From NCBI GenBank assembly GCA_951406725.2, contig OX597820.1:87730001-87794000 (forward strand): a stretch of 64,000 nt of DNA, given 5' to 3'. The notes under the pieces are model-generated. The model searched no databases. It had not been told where the DNA came from and saw nothing but the letters and a program-made list of their open reading frames with translations. This document shows positions 13,637 to 25,521 of the stretch, in pieces. Position numbers and translations under genes: made by a program. Each line of letters starts with the position of its first letter. Position 1 is the stretch's first letter. Source of the stretch: Octopus vulgaris. Lineage: Eukaryota.

Positions 13637-14099
13637 GTAAGTTGGTTAATGCCTTACCTTAAATATATACCTAATTAATGCTCTTCGTGCAATTGGAATG
13701 TCTGTTATAGCTTATTGTGTTAACATGAATCATGATTATTTAAAATGTTTGCTTAAAATAAATAGCAATCTTGCGCATATGTCAAGATTGCTAAGTCAAA
13801 GATGGAGTGCCAACTTTTGTTTGGCTTAGAAGCAAAGCATAAAATCAAGAGATCTTTAATAAGGACACTACAGCTATCGGGAAAGTGGCCATACTTGATA
13901 CATGGATATGAAGGTAGGAATGCCATATGATTTACCCAGTGTAAACTGGGTCCACAAGAGTGGATTATAGGCAAACTGACGAAAGATGGATTTTATAGTT
14001 AGCCATAAAATCACCCCTAAAATAAATTCATTCAAATACTCAGTGTTCCCTAAAAGTAGTTGGTAGCTTTTGTTACCTAAGTTACCTATTTAGCAGCGT

Positions 14100-14600
14100 A
14101 GGTGTGTTCTGAAAAAGGTAGTAGCCAGAGAAAGATCAGAATGAAAAAGTTCAGGGAGCTATCTCATCTGCCAGCACTGAAAGAGATTCTCTCTTTGAGT
14201 AAAGGGTAAATTTTATGATGCGTCTGTATAAAGTGTGATGTTGCATGGTAGCAAAACATGGGCATTGAGGATGTGAAAAGGGTGGGAGAAATTAAGACGA
14301 ACATGTATGTGTAATGTTAGTACATGTGGTCGATAGAAATAAAAACTGGGTATGAGAGGAATCAGATGTAGAGTGCAAAAGAAACGACTGAGCAAGTATT
14401 GGCATGTGGTACACATAGAGGATAACAGTTGGATACAAAAGTGCCAAGAGATATTGGTGCAAGGAGCCTAGTAGATCTCACAGGACTGATCGTGCTGAAG
14501 GAAATGACAAAGTAGAGTGATAGATGGTGAGGTACTCTTTTGGCACTCACTCATCCAATCCTTGCAAACTTGGAAAAAGAGACATAAAATGAAGCTAATA
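14100..14600 (+). mobile_element. RTE-like LINE 3' remnant
   Basis: Decayed 'KFREL...KGKFYDA...VMLHGSKTWAL' and 'W.GHV' RTE C-terminal motifs. Confidence 0.55.
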
Positions 14601-14727
14601 GTACTGGATTTTCGTTGTACTTAATGTGTATCTCATGTGAGATATTTTATTTTTAAGACAGATTTATTTTTAATGTAGCAGTGTTTCATGTATCCTCACA
14701 AAAGGTTGTTTTTCATTCATTTTAAAG

Positions 14728-14842
14728 CTTTAGCTGCATTAACAAGCTGACCGGTCATCAAGCTCAGGTGATGGTTCTTGCCTCAACAAGTAATGCTGAG
14801 AGTCAACTTGTGGTCAGTGGTTCAAAAGACCACTACATCAAG
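14728..14842 (+). CDS. KIF21: KIF21-like WD40 exon (FSCINKLTGHQAQVMVL...VVSGSKDHYIK)
   Basis: Manual translation gives 'GSKDHYIK', typical of KIF21. aag acceptor (an in-frame tag 6 nt downstream is also possible), GT donor. Confidence 0.9.
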
Positions 14843-14994
14843 GTAAATTATTTAGCAATTCATTTTCTAGATACATTTATCTCATTCTTTCTCTTTTGTA
14901 CTTTAAAAAATTGCTTATTGAAATATTAACAAAAGATGCTTATTTTTATAAAATATTGTAATATTTTTAATTATCTTTTTTTTTATAATTACAG

Positions 14995-15165
14995 ATATTT
15001 GAAGTGAACTCCATGACTTCAAATGTTGCCAGTCCAACATACAATCTTGAACCACCACATTTTGATGGTGTCCAGTCATTAGTGATACAAGATCAAATAC
15101 TGTTTAGTGGGTCAAGAGACCGTTGCATTAAGAAATGGAACCTTAAAGACAAAAGGACCATCCAG
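14995..15165 (+). CDS. KIF21: KIF21-like WD40 exon (IFEV...YNLEPPHFDGVQSL...LFSGSRDRCIKKWNL)
   Basis: ORF 15004..15201 matches KIF21 'HNFEPPHYDGIEAL...LFSGSRDNGIKKWDL'. Phase 0-0. Confidence 0.94.
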
Positions 15166-16844
15166 GTATATTATATAATATATACATATGTATCTGTGTA
15201 ATGTCTTCTGTTTTGATCAAAATTTCTAGTGGATTTGGCAGAAATGTTACAGTACTGCAGTATTTAATTATATAATTCAGAGATTTGAGTTTAAATCTTG
15301 CTAAGAGCAGCTTGATCATAGGTCCATTAAAATAAGTGCTTGCAGTATACTACAATTGATAAGCTAATAATTAGTAGTGAGTAGATTCAATCAAATATTC
15401 TCACCGCTCCACAATAATTGACTGAACCTATTTTACTGATGTTTGTTACAGTTGATATGGAGTTGGGTATTCCACACTTTGATTTTACTGAAGACATTTT
15501 GTTTGGCAAGGCAACAAACTAGCATAATTGCTAGAACAATTTGATGAACGCATCTTGCTGTATTTCTTCCATCTCTCTGCACTCTCTGTTCAAATCTCAT
15601 CAGGACCAACTTTTCATCTTTTGAGATCAAGAAAATGCTAATCCAAAGCTGTGGATTATGGAATTAGTGTTACTGGCTCTTTGCATTTTAACAGCAATTT
15701 CGACAACAATGAAGCCAAATAATGGTCTTTTCTTTGAACAACATCAGTGTTGTAAAGAAGGGAGACCTCCATGTGAGGACAAGTGTTAGCCTTCTATCCA
15801 CACAAAAAAAAGGATCTTGCCCAGGATTGTACATGCTGATGAAGATAAATGGTCACCTCTGACCAATGGAGCCCCTATATATTTTGTCTGTGAATTTTGA
15901 GAACATCCACAGTCAACCATTTATCTGAATGCAAAGTGTGGCACAGGTTCTGCAAGCTCTGACAATTATGCCAATTTTCTGCATTGTTGGACAAAATGTC
16001 TTTAGTGAAATCAAGGCGGCAGGATATCCATGTACCCCTACTCCATACCAACAACAAAAGGCAACAGTAAAATAAGCATATGTAGATAATAGGTACAGAT
16101 CTGAAACAAGGCACCTAACTCTGTTTCAGTTTATTTTTGATAAAGCAAAATTTAATTCCACTCCTGCTTTCTGTTTGAGTAGTTTGTGGTTGAATATTCC
16201 AATAAATATATCATTCCACTATTTTAGGCATGGTGAAATAATTATAAATCTACATAAATATCTGTTTCAGAATCAATTTAATTTTTATTTTAAACTCTTT
16301 CAATATATGTGGTTTGAAATAAGATATGTTGAGCAGACTGAATTCTTGTATTAATAAGTCATTGGTGAGAGGGACAACAATGGATGCATCTCCTGAATGA
16401 AGTATATGCCAGAAAAAAAAAACATTCTTTGCCAAAGCATACCTACAGCTAAAGTTGAACTCAAATTGACAAGAGATACATACTCTTGCAGTTGTAACAT
16501 CTCTACTATTTTTTTTTTTTTACAATTGTGATTTTTGTGGTAACAATTGTGATTATTGTGGTAACTATTAACTGCTAGTTTGACTGAGCCATTTCAGTTA
16601 TGTATCTTGGCTACAGTATAACACAGTGAATTCTTAAACTGCCAGTGTATAGCAGTTATGAATATCTTTTGATGAAGAATTTTAAAAAACTGGTACTCTT
16701 CAAATGAAGTCCTTCACACTGAGTTACAAGTACTCCATTGTTATTTTTATAATCAAAAATGCGACAAACCAGTGATTGTCAGGGAAGATTAATTTAGAAA
16801 GAAGAAACTGATTTGAAATATTTAATATTTTCTTTTTCTTTCAG

Positions 16845-17047
16845 TCCCTCTATTGTGCTCATAAAGACTGGATCAATGGCTTAGCAGTTATGCCTGAGCA
16901 TCAGATCTTGCTTAGTGGTTGTCGAAGTGGTTACCTAAAACTATGGCAAACTGAAGGAAATTGCTCTGCAATTGGTGAAATCAAAGCCCACAACTTTCCA
17001 ATTACTGCCCTTACCACAAATAAATCAGCAATATTCACAGCTTCAAA
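16845..17047 (+). CDS. KIF21: KIF21-like WD40 exon (AHKDWINGL...LLSGCRSGYLKLW...IGEIKAHNFPI...IFTAS)
   Basis: Manual translation. Strong pyrimidine tract/cag acceptor, GTAAGT donor, matches KIF21 'AHKDWVCAL'. Confidence 0.93.
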
Positions 17048-17115
17048 GTAAGTATCTTCTGGCACAAAAAGACATACTTGTAAATAATCAGCCTTTAAAT
17101 TTCAGAGGTGTTTAG

Positions 17116-17335
17116 CCCTTTAGCATTTAAACCAGTTATATTCGGCTCAAATATTTTACTTGTTTTCTTTTCAAACCGGCTAGATTTGGCTTCTCACACT
17201 TACTCGATAATGTCATACTAAAAATGTACAATCACACCATCAAAATTTCAAAGCCATGAGATAAAGTATGATTAATTCAAAATAATGTAATTAAATAAGC
17301 ATTACATTTGGCAGAATAATTTGAATGCTAAAGGG
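17116..17335. mobile_element. piggyBac-like MITE
   Basis: TIRs ccctttagcatt / aatgctaaaggg followed by TTAA (left target site mutated to ttag). Confidence 0.75.
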
Positions 17336-18276
17336 TTAAATTTTTCAGCTGAAAGAATTATTATTCCCAAACTATTTTGAGATTTGAAAAAAAAAAAATG
17401 TTTTCAATGTTTTTCCTAGATTCATTCAGTTTTCCAAATTATGATATAAGCTAATGCTTACAATGAACACAAATTTACAAGTTGGATGGAGTTGGCACAC
17501 TTAAAATGTAACTTAACAAAGCAACAAAAATGAGAATTGTCCAGGGGCAACTCTTTAAATTGTATTTAACCAGCATTTTTACAAAAATTATGTTTACGAA
17601 CACCATATCTGACTCACAACAATCTCTATCTCAAAAGTGAAACTCAAGTTCTATGTCTTTCAATAAAACTTTGATAATCCACACTTAAGTACCAAGTCCT
17701 GCTTCATGTCATTATTCCCTTCTTTAGTTCTTTAGATTTCCTCTTTGAGTATCTATCCCAACTAACAAAAGTCTTTTACTATATTTGAACTTGAGATTGT
17801 TAAATGTCTTTTACCTACAACAAAATTAAAGGCATATCTTCAGTGAGGCCAACAATCCTTTGAAAGACCTTCACAGCTTACATTCTGTAGTTCTCTCAGA
17901 CTGACAACTCCTGAAAATCATTCTGCTGTTGGAGTTGGAGTCAGTTGTTACATGTAATTTATCTTTTAACTTTTGCTTTGTTCTTGATTACTTAAGGCAC
18001 CTCTAAGCTTATCTCAATCTAGCATTGGACATTCCTTGTGGTGAAGGTGTTTCTATTCAAAACAGTGCAATTTTCTCCAAGCTCTTTCACATGCTTTCTC
18101 CCTCTTTTTCTTTCCATATATACATATATATAAATGTGTGTGTAGGTGTACGAGTACATATTTGCATGTACATATGTGTATACATATGTATGCACACACA
18201 TTTCCATGACCCATGTACATATGATGATTATACATATATATATATAAACATAAACATACATGTATGTATATGTGTG

Positions 18277-19074
18277 TGAGGTGATTTCAAAAACTATCCA
18301 ACTTTATTTTTTCCTGCCAAAACTAACTCTGGCGCCAAAATCCTTTGGGTGTAAAGTGACACCACCCATCCCGCACATGCAGGAAAATCTTTGCTCTGGT
18401 AGGCCATATTGTTTACCAGCTGTTATGCCTCGAGTACAGACATGTGCACTGGTCAGATTTTTGTTTTCACAAAATGCATCAAATTTTGCCAAAAGCTTGG
18501 GGATACTCAAAGCATCCAGAATATTCAGCAAGCTTTTGGTGATGATGCCATTTGCAAAACTCAAATCAAAGAGTGGTACAACTGCTTCAAACCTGACTGC
18601 ACCTCAGTGGAGAGTGTGGCATGCTCAGGCAGACCATTCACAAGCCAAAACAAGGAGCTGATTAAGGTTTGGCAAATAGTCATGAAAGACCATCATGTAA
18701 CAATTCAGGAAATTGCTCATGAAGTGAGAATAAGCACAGGATCAGTGCATGCAGAAAGTGTCAGTGAAATTTGTCTCCAAGGTGCAAGCCATGCCCCTGA
18801 CTACATGAAAACCATCATCATTGGTGATGACACATGGGCTTATGTTCTCTGTTCAATGTGTTTGCCCATCTTGCATGAAAATGAAAATCCAACTAGCACA
18901 CACTACATGCCTGTGTTCTAGGCATAGCAGCAGGGAACTGATGTGGCCCACTGGCACAGAAACTTTTGCATGTGCACAGGAACAGTGGTGTTACCTCCTA
19001 CTCAAAAGCTTCTTCCCCACATACCATTAGTTTTGGCAGGAAAAATTGGTCAGATACTTTTTGAATGCACCTCA
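18277..19074 (+). mobile_element. Deleted mariner element
   Basis: TIRs gaggtgatttcaaaaactatc / gatactttttgaatgcacctc. ORF 18409..18921 has 'CIKFCQKLG...IKEWYNCFK...SGRP...IIIGDDTWAY'. Confidence 0.88.
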
Positions 19075-19089
19075 TATATATGTTTATGA

Positions 19090-19096
19090 GTATATA

Positions 19097-19133
<37 letters not shown>

Positions 19134-19166
19134 CTATATATGTATGTATGTATGTGTGTGTGTATC

Positions 19167-19229
<63 letters not shown>

Positions 19230-19330
19230 ACCTGTGTGTGTATATATATATATATATATCTACCTGTGTGTGTATATATATATATATATATATCTACCTG
19301 TGTGTGTATATATATATATATATATCTACC

Positions 19331-19366
<36 letters not shown>

Positions 19367-19460
19367 CCTGTGTGTGTGTGTGTATGTACCATTATATGTA
19401 CATACATGTGTGGCTGTGTGTATATCTATGTAATGGGTATGTATATATATGTGTGTGTGT
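19090..19460. repeat. Compound (TG)n/(TA)n minisatellite with a repeated tctacctgtgtgtg unit
   Basis: tatctacctgtgtgtg(tata)n recurs five times between 19225 and 19380. Confidence 0.9.
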
Positions 19461-19608
19461 GTTTTTTTTTCCGGTGTTTACAAATAACACAAAAAATAAA
19501 CAGTTACCAGGGTAGCAAAAATTCACACAAGTAACAAGGATGTAACAACCTATTTATAAAGATAGAAACTCCAGATTAAGGTGAAATGTTTTGTATAATA
19601 TAGATAAA

Positions 19609-19800
19609 TAAACGGAGTTAAACGCAGGTGTTATTCAAATTATTTTTTACTTCCAACTTATGTTTCGAAGACCACATTGGTATTATTCCAGAAGGAATAA
19701 AATGGTGTAAGACAATATTCCTTCAGGAATAATACCAAATGTTGTCTTCGAAACATATGTTGAAAGTAAAAGAATTTGAATAACACCTGTGTTTAACTCC

Positions 19801-19805
<5 letters not shown>
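19609..19805. repeat. Long inverted repeat (about 90-bp arms, about 15-nt loop)
   Basis: ggagttaaacgcaggtgttattcaaat...tgtttcgaagac...ggtattattccagaaggaata / tattccttcaggaataatacc...gtcttcgaaaca...atttgaataacacctgtgtttaactcc. Confidence 0.9.
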
Positions 19806-19863
<58 letters not shown>

Positions 19864-22115
19864 ATGGAAACAACTCTAGAAGAAATGAAATTTTTGGAAT
19901 ATCAATGAGACCATTTCTGTATGTATGTGTGTGTGTCTGGCTTGTAAAATTAGAGTACTAATATGAAACCAATAGAAAACTATTTCCAATTATAAACTCA
20001 GTCGTAAGTTACAAAGAATTTCTCAACTAATATATTATAGTGTTGACATGCTGAGTAATAACAATCATTTTGACTAAAAAAAAACAACAAAAAATGTTTT
20101 CATTGTATTTTTGTATTGAGTACATTTTCTCTTTGCCAGCTAAAATTCATGAATATTCTCATAAGCACACATACACATTCTCTCTTAACACTTTGTACAC
20201 ATCTTGATTTTAATAGCTGTATAAAACTCATACATGGATTTTAGAAATATCAAAAAGAATTTTTTAAAAACTATAAATTAGATGATACAAATGTGTGTGT
20301 TGTAATTGTTTGATCAGCAATACCTGTTTACAAATTATTGCTTAGAATTTAAGGGGGGAAAAATTGTCTATTTTGCTATAAATACATTGCTCTCAAAACT
20401 AATTTTAACAAGCTATGTGACCTGAAATATGATACAGCTGATAGTTGTCACTCCATATTAGTACATCATCTTTTATCTTTATTAAACCTGTAAAGCTCCT
20501 CTGTCGCATTCTGACCCAGTTAACAACTAAATGAAAGTCCTATTTTTCTTCACAAATTTGAATGTATTCTGCACTACTAACTAAGAAGGTTACCAATATT
20601 TGACAGGAATTGTATTGTTATGTACCTGGATGTGTGAATGTGTTTCTGTAGCATTTTGATTTTTGTTTTATTTCCAGTATAACCCATATCTCGGCCAGTA
20701 TACACTGATTCCTCTAACTCACCACTGCATTTTATTAACTTAAATTCTGGGATTGTCTCCCCCTGCCTTTCTTGATTTTAAAGTGATAACTTCTTTTTAC
20801 ATAACATTCTTTGACTCATTACACGAAGTGTGTGGGAATCCACTTTACTATATTACTAGAATAGAAAGAACAATAGTGTTCTAATTTCTAATCAGCTAGG
20901 GGTACCTTGGAAGCATAGGTGTAATAAAAAAAAATAATAAATACATTTTAAAAAATGGCCAAGTTGCTAAGTTTTCAAGAAGCTGTTAGCTTAGCTGGCA
21001 GCATAGGGATTCTCACTTAGATCAAAGGGTAGAGTGTATCATAATTGTGTACATGCTACTATATAGCATGTGAGTAGACTTAATCTATTGCTTGGTTTAA
21101 CACCACTACCTGGTACCTTTGATGCCTTTAGTGGTTTCTGGATACCTTTCTGTCTCTTTCCTACCTTGTATTGAAGGCCCTGAAACAATTCACGAGCTTT
21201 GCCTTCCATCCTGTCTAGAAGATAAAATCAAAAGAATGATGTATGGATACTAAATACAGATGAAGTAAAAACACTGGAAAGAAATAACCCAACACTGGAT
21301 GTGTAAAGTTAGCATGCATATGTGATGCAGATTTAGAGAAGCCGAAAGAAAAACTGGTTATAAAAATGGGGTTTACAAAAGAGAAAACAGCTTTGGTTTG
21401 AGTATGTAATGGTTAGGGATGATGGTAGTTGGCTGAAGAAATGGCAGGAGGTCCATGTGGACAGAAGTGGTGGAAAGCTGATTTGAGGATATTGAACCTG
21501 ACAAAGGAGCACACCAAATGTTGTGTTAAAGGGAGCTGCCCAACCCATGCAAGCATGAAAAAAGCAGACATACAAATAATGTTGTATATTGTGAGTGTGT
21601 GTAGAATATATAGCAAACATTGACTAGAGCTATACTGCTCATGCTTCATACTGAAATAACTTGCTAAAAAGCAATATTTAGAAAGTAATAAAAGAAAAAA
21701 AAATTATTTTGTAATATTTCACTGAAAAATACATGGATTTTCACCTGGGTTTGAGTTTTCAGAGTAGACATTCTCAACTAATCAGTGATGCAAACTGAAG
21801 GTAAAAAAAGAGGCAGGCACTTAATTTTCTGGTGATTGGATTGAGAGGAAGTATGATAGGGGTTCAGACTCAGGAAAAAGAATAATTGAAGTAGAGGACT
21901 CGTGATTGTGTGAAACAGAATATTAAAAATTTTCTTACATATTTCCTACATTATCACTCAAAGATCTTTTGTTTTCTTTTTTAGTAAATCATTCTGTGAC
22001 AATCTACATTACTAGCAGTAGCCATGGGAATTCCATGATTATTTTGAAAACCACGAGATAAATCGGAGTTTATAAAGAAAAAAACATAGAATCGTATTTT
22101 CCTAAAATGATTGTA

Positions 22116-23012
22116 TTGGGTTATTGCATAAATAATGCGGTTTTTTCAGTTGCATGAACTAAAAGTCAGAGGGGAACAGGATAAACTACCTGCATCAACT
22201 TCTTATAAAAGGAGGTAGTGATTTTACCTTGTGCTTATTCTTAGTGCAAGTTTTGAAGAGTGCAGTTCGATTTTAAGTTTTAATGGATGTGACAAAAGAG
22301 CATTCTTGGTATTATGAGCTCAATAAAGGCAACAACACAATGGAAAATGCGAGGGATATTAATGCAGTATATGGGGATCAGACAATAAGCGTAAACCAGT
22401 GTCGACAGTGGGTCCAGAAATTTTGAGCCAGAAACTACAGCCTAGAAGATGAGCCTCATCCTGGAAAATTCTTAGAGCTCAATAAGGACGTCTTGCAAAC
22501 CCTGGTGGAACAAAACCCCATTGCAACTGTTGAACTAGCAGAGAAGCTTAGGTTTGGTCAGTCAACCATTCATCAACACCTGTGCTAGAAGCAAAAAACG
22601 ACCATCTTTGGTTTCAAGACGAAAGGTGCTCTTCCATCAGGATAATGCTTGGCTACATACAGCAAGGATGACATTCCAAAGGCTGGAGCAGCTTGAATGG
22701 GAAACTATACCCCACCCACCATATTTGCCAGACATTGCCTCATCTGATTATCATTTATCCCGCAGTCTTCAAAATCATTTGGACGGAAAAAATATGAATT
22801 CTGTGGACAAGGTCAGAACAGTACTGGAGCAGTATTTTTTGTTATGGACAAGTGAATTTTGGAAGAGGGGCCTTGCAAGTCTACCAGATAGATGGAAGAT
22901 CATTGTAGAAAATGAAGTAGAGTATATTTTAGATTAAAAAAGAAAAGTTTATCTTAATTTTGAAAAATAAAAGAACTATAAAAAAAACTGCATTATTTAT
23001 GGGATGATCCAA
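22116..23012 (+). mobile_element. Deleted mariner element
   Basis: TA-ttgggttattgcataaataatgcggtttt / aaaactgcattatttatgggatgatccaa-TA. ORF 22554..22937 has 'HQDNAWLH...HPPYLPDIASSDYHL'. Confidence 0.9.
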
Positions 23013-23666
23013 TATTTTTGTTATGAAGCTTGATGCTTGAGATGAGTGGGGGGAAGTCCAAATAAGCAGTACTAAAGGTGCAGTTTTAGGAAAAAGAATC
23101 TAAAAATATTCTTTTTGTCCCTTCTCCCATCCTCATTGAGTGTTGTTACCAGTTAGAACCTGAATTAAAGATAATTTATCTACATTATTAATCTACTATG
23201 GTACAGCTTTATTAAAAAAGCTTAAATAAACTTTAACATACTGGGCTATCTCATTTTTGTATCAAAGAGATTGCTTGTGGCTGGACTTGAATCCACTATC
23301 CCACTGAGCCATGGGTAAAAAAAAGACTCTTGTAAGTGTGTGTGTATAAAATCATAATTTAAAATGTTTTTGTCAGTTTCATGAATAACATAATACAAAT
23401 GTATCTATAATAGATTGTCTTCAGTTTTCTTCCATAGTTTATTAGTCAATTGTTTTCTGGATAATAGAAGTATATAGTAAATTTGTGTTGCATTTCTGTT
23501 CCATAATTAAAGCATTATATATGTAGACTGTAGCAAAATGATATACATGTTTTTAAAAATTCATTACAAGAACATCATATGTAAAATAAGGTTTTAACCT
23601 TATTTTACATATGATGTTCTTGAATTTTTAATTGATATTGTAAACACAATCAGATCTCATTAATTC

Positions 23667-23701
<35 letters not shown>

Positions 23702-25212
23702 ATCAAACTGTGTCAGTTTTTATTTATTACTGATAAATCTTAACCAGTAATTTGTGTTTTCTCAAAAATCAACTCAAGTACATTAATGTTTACAGATGTC
23801 TTCAGAATTTTCATCTCACTGATTTATACAAATGTATTGTGCATGTCAACTGTTGTTGAATTGACTGTCTTCTCTTCCCTGTATTGTTGCTTGTACATAT
23901 TGGTAATATACCAACTACTTAATCCTCTTGGAACCTTTTGTCCCATCTGTTCCACCCAACCTTTAATCTCTTCCTGAACCTTATTTTGCTTCCAGTGATC
24001 CTGAATCCAACAAATGCCATATCTGGAAACTACAAGACAGCACTTAAGTTTCATTATGTTTTGTATGTTTTTATTTACAGTTCAGCATGCTATTTATTAC
24101 TGGATCTATTAATATTCACCTTCAGTTTTAATTCTTTTCCATCAGTGGGCAGTTTTCCTCTGATTAAACAGGAACACTGCAAACAAAAGTTGCTTCAGGA
24201 CTTGGAAAAATATTCTTATAGTTAACTAAACTAAAATGAATTAAAATATTTTCATTAAATTATCTTTCTATATTTTAACTGTGGTTAGATTTCTATTTTA
24301 AAACTATTTAGACCCCTATAAACTATCAGCTGAAATAAAAGAATATAGTTTTAAAATTGTTCCAGACACCTTTGTTTTCTTAACTGAAAGAAATTAACTT
24401 ATTAGATTAAGAGTTTTTTTATATTTTTTTTTATAACTGTTTTCCCATTTCTATATAAAATACAAAAAGAATTTTTTTTCCAAGCCTTCTCATGGTTAAA
24501 TGCTTTATCCTTAGCATGGAATCTTCCAATCTTTTGCTTTTCTGTGTGACCACAATAACTTCTAAATTTTCACACCACCAACACTGGCTTATTCAATTTT
24601 AACACCACCTACTCAACTTTAAATAACACCTAACCTACTTTAATTTATAACTGACATTTTATGCTTTTGAGATCATGGCATTTACACATTGCACTACACA
24701 ATTGATTACATATAGCAATACATAGATTAGAAAACTGCTAAACACTTGATGCTATTAATTATAACTTCCATTGGTATCCAAATAAATTACCTCTGAGGAA
24801 TGATAAAGCTGTATCATTGTTGTCTATACCCAAGTCCATCATTTAAGGCTATTTAACCTGCTTGCCACTTGTTTATCTGGTATGATTTTTCTTGGGATTG
24901 TTGAATATGAGGCTGTAACATGGTAACTTTTCTGGCCATAATTTTCTTGTCTTTGTAGTGAGCTTGGCTACCAAATTTTTTATGACGTGTGCTTTCAAGT
25001 CTTGAATGCATGGGTGTTAGACAAAATTTAAATGTATTTATTGGCTGAAGTGCATTCATATCAAATGATATATTTTCGTATATTTAGCTTTTGACACCTA
25101 AATTTTATAATATCTTAATATAGTTCAAGGTAAGATAAAAGATGAGTTAATATGTAAAATTAAAGTTGTATTGTAACACTAGATATTTTAAAACCATTTA
25201 AGTTAATTTTGA

Positions 25213-25252
<40 letters not shown>

Positions 25253-25454
25253 ATTTCAGGAAAAGAAAAAATCAATTTCTATTTGAAAAGTGGTTATTTG
25301 TTAATTACAAATTTGTTTAGTATCTGGACACATTGAAAAAAAAATGTAGAATAAGTAACTATCCAATTATGAGAATATTTCTTTTGTAGAGTGATGTTGT
25401 TGTTGCTGCTGCTGTCATTATTATGAGTGTTATTCTTTCTCTTTCATCTTCTAG

Positions 25455-25521
25455 TGACTGTACTGTGGGTATCTGGAAAAAACGGAATCATTTGGAAGCT
25501 CATAGAAGTTCTTGTGTTTAA
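25455..25521 (+). CDS. KIF21: KIF21-like terminal coding exon (NDCTVGIWKKRNHLEAHRSSCV*)
   Basis: Long pyrimidine tract + ctag acceptor. Phase 2 completes 'TASNDCTVGIW', the last WD40 strand. TAA stop at 25519-25521. Confidence 0.88.

Noticed and set aside
19046-19534. Long ORFs rich in CV/YI repeats (also 46013-46415, 50767-51201, 56195-56446, 57911-58430)
   Set aside because: Translations of (TG)n/(TA)n/(TACA)n microsatellites; no coding signal.
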